From: Nanobdellota archaeon
GTDB taxonomy: Archaea > Nanobdellota > Nanobdellia > Pacearchaeales > GW2011-AR1
NCBI GenBank assembly: GCA_027858295.1
Contig: JAQICZ010000043.1
Coordinates: forward strand, 23,699-87,698
DNA: 64,000 nucleotides
Direction: 5' to 3'
The notes beneath the pieces are model-generated. The model made no database searches. It was not told the DNA's origin and saw only the letters and a program-made list of their open reading frames with translations. The number at the start of each line of letters is the position of its first letter. Position 1 is the first letter of the stretch. The position numbers and the translations under genes were made by a program. This document shows, piece after piece, positions 9,164 to 17,745 of this stretch.

Positions 9164-10306
9164 TTAAATTGGGGTGTCATTGTCATCCCAATAAGAATGC
9201 CTCCTCTTCTCAAAGGGATTCTCTGGTCGGATATCTTCGTCAATAAATTCTGGCACCGGCTCATCCTCAAGCAGATCCCTTTCTTCAAGAAGAGTATGAC
9301 AATTTTCATCATCAGTTATGAACTCGTCGTAAGGATTGAAACTTGCACCCCATTCTTCAACCGGAAGTTCTTCGGCCTGTTCTGCAGTAGACAATTCCAT
9401 TGATTTTTTTCGAGATATATCCAAGACTTCATTTCCTATTCCTTGATTTGAAAATCCATGAACTCTTTCAAAATAATTATCTGAAAAAGTGATTTGATCT
9501 TCTCCATATATAATAGAGATTATCTCATCACCGGCAAAGTCTCTATAGTTGACTTCTTGACCAATGGAGAAGGTTTTTTCGCAGTCTGTACAAAGGTTGC
9601 CTTTTTTGTCAGCTTGATGATAGCCTCTTTTATTGCAAGCAACACGATTGTCAAGACTCCTCTTGAATCTCATCATACTTTCATCAGTATAAATCCCAAT
9701 TGTTCCATCCGCGTTATAGCCTTTGCCGTCTCCAAAATATTTGAACACTGGCTGTAAAAGCGAGACATTAAAACCTTCCTTACCAGGATAATGATAAGGT
9801 CGACCTAAGGCGTAGAAATATCTGATTCCTATATCTGGAAAATCGATGCCGGCATAATCAGAGAAACCTTCTTTTTCCTCATCAATGTTAAACATCTTTT
9901 CAGAGACAAAAAACCATCCACTCAAAAAATTATCCACACTTAACAAGACCTCATAACCAGAAAACTCTAAAGTCTTCTTGACGTTAAAGCAAACATTCCT
10001 ATCTTCAGCTATAACCGCAATTATGCGGAAGTTATTAACAGATGATAGATAGATTGCTGTTCTAACATACATCCCGGCCCTTGTCGAATAATGAACCAAT
10101 GACTCAACTATGGAAGAGTCTTTTTCTGAAATAAATTCGCCTTTTTTATCTATCCATATTTCCGACAAGGAATTCTCGATATTATTAAGAATTGGTCTGG
10201 GATAATTATCTTCACACAATTTAGTTAATACTACTAACATAGCTTTTATTTTAGGTGTAACACCAACATTTATGGGAATTGTTAAAAAATAATTTAACAA
10301 ATCCAA
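9164..10306 (-). CDS. hypothetical protein with acidic C-terminal tail
   Basis: 380-aa ORF; track start is TTG 8 nt after the previous stop, first ATG at 10240; no family recognised. Confidence 0.55.
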   Translation of the reverse strand: MDLLNYFLTIPINVGVTPKIKAMLVVLTKLCEDNYPRPILNNIENSLSEIWIDKKGEFISEKDSSIVESLVHYSTRAGMYVRTAIYLSSVNNFRIIAVIAEDRNVCFNVKKTLEFSGYEVLLSVDNFLSGWFFVSEKMFNIDEEKEGFSDYAGIDFPDIGIRYFYALGRPYHYPGKEGFNVSLLQPVFKYFGDGKGYNADGTIGIYTDESMMRFKRSLDNRVACNKRGYHQADKKGNLCTDCEKTFSIGQEVNYRDFAGDEIISIIYGEDQITFSDNYFERVHGFSNQGIGNEVLDISRKKSMELSTAEQAEELPVEEWGASFNPYDEFITDDENCHTLLEERDLLEDEPVPEFIDEDIRPENPFEKRRHSYWDDNDTPI

Positions 10307-10314
10307 TTTGTATT

Positions 10315-10838
10315 TTATTGTTTTATTAAAAATTCTACCCGCCTAATACGGTTTGTTATGTCAACAATCTGGAAATCTGGTACATTGACTCCTGCTGCCA
10401 ACATCAAAGCCATAACTTCTTTCAATGACTTTTTCGTATGAATGAAGTATTCAATATTTGCACTAGAGAATATAACATTGAAACCCCATTTATTTGGAAG
10501 TATTCTATCTTGGAATAAAAGATCCAGGATCTCGCGATTAACTTTGGCGCTTTTTTCCAAAAAATTTCGTTGAATTCCAAGAGTGCGACTATGCATTTCG
10601 AACTCACTTCGGAGTTGACATTCGCAATAAAAATCCCAAGATTTTCATCACTTTTCAATTCAGAGGCTTTAATCAGATTGTCTGAATCTATTGCCCAAAA
10701 TTCATATAATTCATTATTATTAATAAATCAATAAACACCTTCTCTTTCTGAAAAACTGAAAAAGATTGTATCTGAACATAGTTCATTAAATAACTGAAGA
10801 AACTCTTGTTTGCTTGTTATAACATATTTATTTTCCAT
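10315..10838 (-). pseudogene. disrupted hypothetical gene (in-frame TGA plus frameshift)
   Basis: ATG at 10838 (MENKYVITSKQEFLQLFNELCSDTIFFSFSEREGVY), TGA at 10728-10730, same frame continues FINNNELYEFWAIDSDNLIK...; the protein-like C-terminal part (10315..10596) is in another frame. Confidence 0.5.
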
Positions 10839-10989
10839 GGGTTTTAATTTTTATTTGACTTTTTTAATTTAATTAATGACTCAGGAGAGGGGGGTTGCAG
10901 AATACTAGATCTGCACCCCACTCAAAAGGAACCTTCTCAGGAAGTCTGTTATTAATTCCAAACTTTTTGTTAGACTATTCCCTTTCTAA

Positions 10990-11412
10990 TTAAGATGGTG
11001 CTTTCTCAATAAAATAAATCTCGGCACCCTTCAGGTGTATTACAGAACTACCCCAATCCTCAAAATCAATTTTCATAATTAAGTCGGGACCTATTAACAA
11101 AGAAAATTTTAAAGATGAGAAAATTATTGGACGGGGGAAGGCTAGCAACTTGACCGTTACTTTCCCATCAATGTCTGTAAACATTGCAACATTTGCCGAC
11201 TCCAAAGCAATTTGACTGCCTCTAAAATCAGCTAAAATCAAACCTAAATTTTTTATGAAAATTGCAGTTGTGCAATCCTCATGAAGAATTCTGGAAATGT
11301 CCCTTATTCCAAGTTTATCATCTATAAATATTGATCCTAAATCTATTCCTTCTCCGAACTCATTTTTCTCGGAGGTCTTTTCTAAGAATTCTTTTAATAT
11401 TTCTTGTGACAT
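10990..11412 (-). CDS. hypothetical protein
   Basis: 140-aa ORF, ATG start, TAA stop. Confidence 0.5.
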   Translation of the reverse strand: MSQEILKEFLEKTSEKNEFGEGIDLGSIFIDDKLGIRDISRILHEDCTTAIFIKNLGLILADFRGSQIALESANVAMFTDIDGKVTVKLLAFPRPIIFSSLKFSLLIGPDLIMKIDFEDWGSSVIHLKGAEIYFIEKAPS

Positions 11413-11463
11413 GTCATTTCTCCTTTATACGATTTCACTTTTATTTATTTGGAAATTCCTCGG

Positions 11464-11715
11464 TTATAGATTTTTTCTACCCGATACTGTTAATGTATAA
11501 TATTGGGGGTCTTCAATGTGAACTTTTTTTTCTTTTCTAAAAACACCCTTTGACATAAGGCCTTTTACTTCTTCGAATCGGCCTAACTTCTTTATTTGCT
11601 GGGCACTCATCCTTTTTTCTTTGCCCATCTTTTTCAATAAGGCTACTTCTTTAACTGTTAAATATACTGTAAATCTACTCTCACTACTACTTCTTCTTGA
11701 TGCTTTTTTTGTCAT
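11464..11715 (-). CDS. hypothetical small basic protein
   Basis: 83 aa, K/R-rich; nucleic-acid binding is only a guess. Confidence 0.5.
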   Translation of the reverse strand: MTKKASRRSSSESRFTVYLTVKEVALLKKMGKEKRMSAQQIKKLGRFEEVKGLMSKGVFRKEKKVHIEDPQYYTLTVSGRKNL

Positions 11716-11761
11716 CTTTTTTAGTTTTATTAATTTGACTTAATTATTTATTTTAAAAAAG

Positions 11762-11800
11762 ACCACCCCCAGTCGATTAGTCGATTTTCTTGGGGGTGGT
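11762..11800 (-). terminator. intrinsic-terminator-like hairpin
   Basis: ACCACCCCC (11762-11770) and GGGGGTGGT (11792-11800) form a perfect 9-bp GC-rich stem; on the minus strand it is followed by CTTTTTT and lies 14 nt after the stop of 11814..12464; the loop holds a direct repeat agtcgatt agtcgatt. Confidence 0.55.
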
Positions 11801-11813
11801 GACTATTAATAGA

Positions 11814-12464
11814 TTATGAAGCTTCTGACTGCCTTAAAGCATAGAACTTGGGAAACCAATGACTTGGAAGCTCTGTTTTTGCAATGGAGATGGCAGATTC
11901 TAAATCTACAAGCTCAACAACATAACGCCAACCATTAGAACTTGCGGAAATAATACTTATCTCCTTAGTCCGAATGTATTTAATTGCCGTATATTTTTCC
12001 TTGAGTTCAATTATAGATTGAACCCAGGCATACATTGAGGCTTTTTGATTTTCTTTATTTGAACTAAATATGCAAATATAGCCGGTACTGTTTCGAATCT
12101 TTTTTATATCTGCATTTATTATTTTCAAGCCCTTCAGTGCCCTTGAAGATTTAAAATTATCACTCAAAGAAACTGGACTCTCGTTACCAATGTAAATCTC
12201 CTTTTTTTCAATATATTCTACAAGTTGTTCTCCGAGGGGGCACCTTACTTTCAATACTTTGTATAACACTGAGCCTTTTACATCTTCCGTCTCAAAAAGA
12301 TAGATTGTTTTTTGTTTTGAACTTTTTGCAATATTTATAATTAATCTTTTGGAAGTAATTTTCTTATAATTACTTCTTTCTTTTCTTTTGGAACCTTTTG
12401 GGGCTCTCGAATTCTTTGAATTTCTTTGGTTTCTTTTCATAAGTTTGTCTCTTTTGTAATTCAT
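11814..12464 (-). CDS. hypothetical protein with basic N-terminal tail
   Basis: 216 aa; N-terminus KRNQRNSKNSRAPKGSKRKERSNYKK; alternative ATG at 12440. Confidence 0.55.
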   Translation of the reverse strand: MNYKRDKLMKRNQRNSKNSRAPKGSKRKERSNYKKITSKRLIINIAKSSKQKTIYLFETEDVKGSVLYKVLKVRCPLGEQLVEYIEKKEIYIGNESPVSLSDNFKSSRALKGLKIINADIKKIRNSTGYICIFSSNKENQKASMYAWVQSIIELKEKYTAIKYIRTKEISIISASSNGWRYVVELVDLESAISIAKTELPSHWFPKFYALRQSEAS

Positions 12465-12637
12465 TTTTTAATTAATATAATATAATATTCCCCCAATGTT
12501 GACTAACTAAAAAGTTCAATTCATCAATGTTCATTCTATTCTTCATAAATGATTTTATTTTGAAACTAATAAAATCCAATGCAAGCAATAAACCTTATTA
12601 GTTTCTGATTGACTACTACTAATATCCGTTAATCAAA

Positions 12638-13455
12638 TTAAACCTTAACGAGAACCTCTGATTTGCTTAATCTAAACCTTAAAATCTGTGAGTATTGCGG
12701 TATTGAAAAAAACTCCTTACTAGTGGAAGAAGTTTCAAGGCAGAACCCACCAAAAAGGGATGATTCAACAAATGACACCAACAAACCCGTTCCATCAACT
12801 AATGGTTCACCACTTGATGTTATTGAATAGGTTTCACCCTTACCCTCTTTAATTAAAATGTTTTTTATTATTTCCCCCGAAGGCTTTTTTAAGGAACCTA
12901 TAAAAAATAGAACGTTTGAACGCCTTAAGCCCAATTCCTGAAAAATCGCCAATATAGGGGCCCTTCTATTCTCTACTCTTTTTACATTTCTTATTTTTGA
13001 AATGTTTATACTTTCAGAGGCCAAAACCTCGATAACTTCTTCTGAAACAATATTCTCTTTGATCATTCTTTTGTTTTTTAATGATTATACACTTGTCCTT
13101 TTTAATCTCATTCAAGACAGTTGCTAGAAACTGGTTATCTTCAATATCCTTATCATAGCCTTCCATCTCCTTAGGCAGTTTATCGTCTATAGAGACCTTC
13201 AACTTGCCAAGATGTTCTCCTCGAGTTGTCCAGGTCTTTGGATTGCTTTCTCCAAAGATTGCATTAACAAATCGGATTGCGTCTCTTGCGTGCTTGTTTG
13301 GGGTCTCTTGACCATCTTTGAATTTATCAAGTTCTTCAAATATTACTTGTGGTAATATTATGTCGTTTCCTTCAAAACCGTAAAGCGACATAGGGTCATG
13401 TAATAGAACATTTGTATCTAATACGAATGTCTTCTTCTTACTTTCTAGGGTTCAT
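12638..13455 (-). pseudogene. PhoH-type PIN-domain nuclease gene, frameshifted
   Basis: ATG 13455 gives MNPRK then TAA. One frame over reads KKKTFVLDTNVLLHDPMSLYGFEGNDIILPQVIFEELDKFK...ARDAIRF...DNQFLATVL (PIN signature). A single extra T (A at 13440 on the + strand) accounts for the shift. A second frame change lies near 13014-13066. Confidence 0.6.
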
Positions 13456-13484
13456 TTCTATTGGGCTTTAACTGTTAAAATATC

Positions 13485-13564
13485 TACTTTTATTCGCTAG
13501 ATAACTCCGTTACACTAAGGAGATTTGTTTTTTACTTTCATAATTTTTGGTTTTATGTTAATAA
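13485..13564 (-). repeat. R2 junction element copy a (micro-ORF MKVKNKSP)
   Basis: About 75 nt shared with 15107-15190. On the coding strand: stop codon, TTATTAACATAAAACCAAAAATT, then ATGAAAGTAAAAAACAAATCTCCTTAG. Confidence 0.75.
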
Positions 13565-14104
13565 TTAATTTGGAAATTTGTATAGAGAATCCATTCGTCT
13601 TTCCATTACTCCTTTGTAAGCAGAATTTATCCACTCTTCTATTTTTTTAATTTCAGATTTAGGTAATCCCTCAAAGATATAGATGCAATCCTTTTTTGAG
13701 AATGTTAATTCTAAATAATCGGAAGTTCCTAATTCTGAAACTTTTATTATAAAAAAATCTTCATCTTCATATATCTTTGATAGGTCTGCAGGATGTTGGA
13801 CTTTTCGTATTCCATTGAATTTTAACTCAACAAAGCCATTGTTCATTGTTATTAGAACATCTTCTTCGTTCTCTTTTGATAAGATTCCGTCTTGTGTTTT
13901 TTGTTTCCACTTTTTTAAGTTTCTAACAAACACAAAAACTGGCTCCTCCGTTATTGGCTTCACCATCTTTTTGAATGTCTCGAGCAACTCTTTCTTTTTA
14001 GGGTTGTCAAATTTTACAATTAAGTGATACCAAAGTAAATGTGCTCTTGCGATTGCCTCACGAATGTCTTTTGTAAAGACATTTCTAATAACTATTCTTT
14101 TCAT
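13565..14104 (-). CDS. hypothetical protein
   Basis: 179-aa ORF, ATG start, TAA stop. Confidence 0.55.
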   Translation of the reverse strand: MKRIVIRNVFTKDIREAIARAHLLWYHLIVKFDNPKKKELLETFKKMVKPITEEPVFVFVRNLKKWKQKTQDGILSKENEEDVLITMNNGFVELKFNGIRKVQHPADLSKIYEDEDFFIIKVSELGTSDYLELTFSKKDCIYIFEGLPKSEIKKIEEWINSAYKGVMERRMDSLYKFPN

Positions 14105-14157
14105 CTTTAGTCTTTTTAGTTTACTAATCTCCTATTATATGCAATGTACTCTTTTGG

Positions 14158-14208
14158 GTTTACGGTGATTTATTTTTCTCTTTCATTTTTTTGATTTTAT
14201 GTTAATAA
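14158..14208 (-). repeat. R2 junction element copy b (micro-ORF MKEKNKSP)
   Basis: Shares gattttatgttaataattaa and the ATGAAAGAGAAAAATAAATCACCGTAA micro-ORF with copy a; begins right after the stop at 14209-14211. Confidence 0.65.
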
Positions 14209-14673
14209 TTAAGGCTTATCTAATCCCAATATTGGAATAATACCTGGGCTCAAGCATTCAAAGCCTTGGAAGTCTAAATTAACCCAAAGGCTTTCAATTA
14301 TATGAATTGCATTTACTCCCATTTGCATTTTTGTTAACTCTCCGATGAATTCGAAAACATATTTTTCAACAGGGCCTATTACAAGGTCTTCGTCCTCTGG
14401 GTAACTTTTTACCCCAAGACACAGACTCGGGTTATGCCAATCTTTTACTCTTATACCCTCATAGATATCGGAATATTTGTATGCACCAAAACCGGAGATT
14501 AGTATAAAGTCAACGTTGAATTTTTCAGGGTTTCCCTTTGCTATAGATAGCTTGAATAAGTTAGGATTTAATTCCTCGGGGTCCTTGTAAGAGTCATCTC
14601 TTTTCTCAAGATTCTCTTTTGCGGATTTCTTCTTTACAAAGACTAATTGGATTTCGTTTTTACGCTATGCCAT
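14209..14673 (-). pseudogene. hypothetical gene with in-frame TAG at codon 3
   Basis: ATG GCA TAG CGT AAA AAC... (TAG at 14665-14667), then 151 open codons to TAA at 14209-14211 (...YPEDEDLVIGPVEKYVFEFIGEL...GLDKP); no in-frame ATG/GTG/TTG shortly after the TAG. Confidence 0.5.
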
Positions 14674-14715
14674 AAATTTATTGTATTAAAATTATTGGTT
14701 TTGAAACTTTGTTTA

Positions 14716-15081
14716 TTAGACCGTTATCAATAAATGAACTGTCATGATTATTAATAGAGTCATTGAAACAATCAGATGGATGAAGGACTTTGTGGAAAAA
14801 TGATGACTTCCTTCATAATCTTTTGACAGAATATCTTTTGCTATGCCTCCTTCACGATACCTTTGGAGATGACGTCTTAAGACTGGGACCAGCAGAAGAA
14901 TGAAATAAGCAATCATCCAATTTATTATCTTGACCAGATTAGCTTCAAATAGAAGATAACAGAACAATATTAAGATAATCAAATAGAACGTAACTACCCC
15001 ACTGAATGCATGAATTGATAGGACAAAATAGTTTTTGCTTCCCACTTTTGCTTTAGTTATAAACTTTTTACTTTTATTCAT
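14716..15081 (-). CDS. hypothetical multi-pass membrane protein
   Basis: 121 aa with 3 hydrophobic helices. Confidence 0.55.
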   Translation of the reverse strand: MNKSKKFITKAKVGSKNYFVLSIHAFSGVVTFYLIILILFCYLLFEANLVKIINWMIAYFILLLVPVLRRHLQRYREGGIAKDILSKDYEGSHHFSTKSFIHLIVSMTLLIIMTVHLLITV

Positions 15082-15106
15082 TTTGTTTTTGTTTTATGGT
15101 TAAATT

Positions 15107-15190
15107 AACTCCTTTTATTCGCTAAATAACTCAGTTACACTAAGGGGGTTTGTTTTTCACTTTCATTTTTTTTGGTTTTGGTTTTAATTT
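15107..15190 (-). repeat. R2 junction element copy c
   Basis: cttttattcgctaaataactcagttacactaagggggtttgtttttcactttcat matches 13485-13540 apart from a few substitutions and one indel; micro-ORF here reads MKVKNKPLSVTELFSE. Confidence 0.75.
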
Positions 15191-15208
15191 TAATATTTTT
15201 TTTAGAAA

Positions 15209-15263
15209 TTACCTCGCAAGCTCAGTATTGATAAGTTGAATTATCCACTGCGTTGGCGGGCAA
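15209..15263 (-). repeat. R1 junction element copy b
   Basis: TTACCTCGCAAGC ... TTGATAAGTTGAATTATCC ... GCGTTGGCGGGCAA; arms are imperfect inverted repeats. Confidence 0.7.
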
Positions 15264-15639
15264 ATATTAGTGGAGAGATCTGGAGCGTCAGGGCATTTAT
15301 CAAATATGTAAAAAATGTATTTTGCCGTCAGAAATATCACAAAGTCTCAACTATTAATTTATTGATTTTATATAGTCTTTTTCCCTTGCTCCTTGTGAGT
15401 CTTTACTTTTACGCCCTAATATCGGGTTTTTCAAGTTTTGATTAGTTTATGTAAATCCATAAGCCCTAAGTGTCAGAATTTATTTTGTAGGTCTTATTCG
15501 ATGTGCAAAATGTTTATTTTTCTGAGTTTTGTCTAAATGTGTATAGAAAAAATGCTCAGACATTATAAACATTATTGTCCTCAATTGGGATTTTTGTCGA
15601 CCTATAGGGCAATTTGGTGTTAATAATTACTGGGAGTGG

Positions 15640-15858
15640 CTCAGTTCTCCAGATAAAATTGAGTTAATCGTTCTGTATAGCCATTCGCCTTGGAATATGG
15701 CTAAGAACCATTTGCCTTGGCTTATGGGAAAACAAAGTAAACTTTGTTTAGCCGAAAATTTCAGACAGGTTAAATCGATCGGTAAACGATTTAACCTGTC
15801 TGAAATTTTGTATCTGGGTTGCATAAACTGTTCCTTTTTGAACAGAGTGGGAGAGGGT
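15640..15858. repeat. M-element copy 1 (about 220 bp, structured)
   Basis: Near-identical to 16659-16871. Contains two CCATTYGCCTTGGNNTATGG motifs (15681-15700, 15708-15727), a 23-bp perfect palindrome (15755-15809) and the hairpin CTGTTC-ctttTT-GAACAG. Confidence 0.85.
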
Positions 15859-15916
15859 ATGGTGGGGTTGGTTAACTTAGAGCTCAATCTTTTATTGAAG
15901 ACTTTAGGGACTGGAG

Positions 15917-16570
15917 CTACTTTTTTTGGCCGTGAGCAAAGGTTACTTTTACCCGAAGCGAGCCATCACTACTGACTGGAACACTAATACCAACCCAAAC
16001 CGAGTCATTACTATACAAATAAAGCCGAGCGAAATAAAAGTTATCTGTGCTAGCTGGTAAATTAAAACGCCATAAATAAAATGGTTTTTTTGTTAACCAT
16101 TTCATTAAATCATCTGGTTGTTTTTTCCCAGTTGAGGCGATTACAAACTGCTCCTTATTGATGTTTTTAACAAAACCATCTGGGCCAACTACTGAACAGG
16201 GTTTTTTCTGTTCCAAGGGCAGTCCATAATCGTGGACAACTTCCCCTTCTACTTTTCCTGCAAAGTAATTAGTTCCGGTATTGAATCTTATGAATTCCTT
16301 TTCGAAAAGATTTCTTAAATGGTTTGCAATTTTAATTGAAACTGGGTCTTTTTCATTTGCCATTAAGGCTTCGATTAAGCAGAATAATTCGATCAGATTC
16401 ATTGTTTTTTGGCCTGATTTTTCTAGCTCTTTTGAATGCTTGATAAAGTCTTTGTCATTCATTGCGGGCTCGGGATCTTTGAAAAGTTTTAAGTTGGCAA
16501 CTTTTTCGGATATTAGCAAATTGTTTATTTGCCAATATTCTTCTTTTGATTCGAAAGTTATTTTTTGCAT
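15917..16570 (-). CDS. hypothetical protein
   Basis: 217-aa ORF, ATG start, TAG stop; flanked on both sides by M-element copies. Confidence 0.55.
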   Translation of the reverse strand: MQKITFESKEEYWQINNLLISEKVANLKLFKDPEPAMNDKDFIKHSKELEKSGQKTMNLIELFCLIEALMANEKDPVSIKIANHLRNLFEKEFIRFNTGTNYFAGKVEGEVVHDYGLPLEQKKPCSVVGPDGFVKNINKEQFVIASTGKKQPDDLMKWLTKKPFYLWRFNLPASTDNFYFARLYLYSNDSVWVGISVPVSSDGSLRVKVTFAHGQKK

Positions 16571-16658
16571 TGGTTATTATTTTTTTGTTCTTTAGTTAAT
16601 ACTTGTTTGAAATTGATGAGTATCAATTCCCTCTAGGATGACCTCATTGAGATGACAC

Positions 16659-16871
16659 CTCAGTTCTCCAGACAAAATTGAGTTAGTCCTTCTGTATAGC
16701 CATTCGCCTTGGAATATGGCTAAGAACCATTTGCCTTGGCTTATGGGAAAGCAAAGTAAACTTTGTTTAGCCGAAAATTTCAGACAGGTTAAATCTACTG
16801 GTAAACGATTTAACGAAATTTTGTATCTGGGTTGCATAAACTGTTCCTTTTTGAACAGAGTGGGAGAGGGT
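16659..16871. repeat. M-element copy 2
   Basis: Same orientation as copy 1; differs by fewer than 10 substitutions and a 6-nt deletion (ctgtct) that breaks the long palindrome. Confidence 0.85.
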
Positions 16872-16878
16872 GTGTTTG

Positions 16879-17556
16879 TTATAGAAAAATTTGTCTGAGC
16901 TCTACGGGAAGCATGCCTGCGACGCCTATGCCAAGAAATCCTGTCCTTCCGTTTGTGCACCACTTGCCTGGACACCTGAAGATATAATCCATTCTAAACG
17001 GCCAGGGCCATCCACCTCTTTCTACTGAATCAACATCTTGAGTGGCGTTGAATTCTGTAAAACCTAGGTAGTCCGGCTTTTCTCCTGTTTGTGTTCTGTA
17101 ACGAAAATACATAATAAAGTATTCAATAGGCAACATAGTTCGGAGGCCTTCTCTAGAAGCAAATCCTTCTCTGTAAATACAAGTTCTACTGTTTATCTCA
17201 TATTTCCTCCATATTATGGGCTGTGGGTCTTGGCCCCCTGAGTGGCGAAATACATAATCCTTGTCTGGTCTTTTTTCGAAATATATGGTTTTCTTTTGAG
17301 CAATTTCTTTCCACCTTGGAAGAAATTCTCCGCTGTTAAAAGTTCTTGCATATGTCTCGAGAATTGATAGTAAGGTTACTCCTTTTGGAATGTACTCTAG
17401 AACATTTACATTTTCGTTGCTTTCTGGAATTCGCATATTGAGCCACCTTATTGTGATGCCGAAATACTTCTCCCAAAATTGCGAAATCATCACTTTTTGT
17501 TCTTCTAAGCCTGCTGTTCTGTAAGCAGTTACTTTTTTTGATTCTTCTTTTTCCAT
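16879..17556 (-). CDS. hypothetical protein
   Basis: 225-aa ORF, ATG start, TAA stop 8 nt from M-element copy 2. Confidence 0.55.
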   Translation of the reverse strand: MEKEESKKVTAYRTAGLEEQKVMISQFWEKYFGITIRWLNMRIPESNENVNVLEYIPKGVTLLSILETYARTFNSGEFLPRWKEIAQKKTIYFEKRPDKDYVFRHSGGQDPQPIIWRKYEINSRTCIYREGFASREGLRTMLPIEYFIMYFRYRTQTGEKPDYLGFTEFNATQDVDSVERGGWPWPFRMDYIFRCPGKWCTNGRTGFLGIGVAGMLPVELRQIFL

Positions 17557-17597
17557 CTTATTTTAATTATTTGTTTTTGATTAATACTTTGTTTTTA

Positions 17598-17654
17598 TTG
17601 CTTGCCGCGAACCGTTGACGGTTGACTGTCTACAGCTTACGGTTGACGGTTGGC
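17598..17654 (-). repeat. R3 junction element copy a (TTGACGG heptamers)
   Basis: attgcttgccgcgaaccgttgacggttgactgtctacagcttacggttgacggttggc, about 42 nt upstream of the ATG at 17556; contains the palindrome AACCGT-TG-ACGGTT. Confidence 0.85.
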
Positions 17655-17745
17655 GGGAAAGTGTTGGGTGCTGCTTTTGGGGCTAACATAAATGTGCCTA
17701 CCAGTAGTTTAGAACTAACTGGCAGGACTTAGAGATTGTGGGGAG

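Noticed and set aside
15640-16871. Diversity-generating retroelement (template and variable repeat pair)
   Set aside because: No reverse transcriptase is present in the window. The few mismatches between the two copies are T/C, A/G, G/C and G/T changes plus an indel, with no bias toward adenine positions. Neither copy forms the 3' end of a convincing target gene.
15627-16975. ORFs across the M-elements (15627..15887, 15697..15975, 16592..16975, 16716..16898)
   Set aside because: Both strands are open across the same repeat. The elements are dominated by hairpins, and one ORF overlaps the 3' end of 16879..17556 out of frame. A non-coding element is more likely. The in-frame 6-nt indel is noted in the findings as a caveat.
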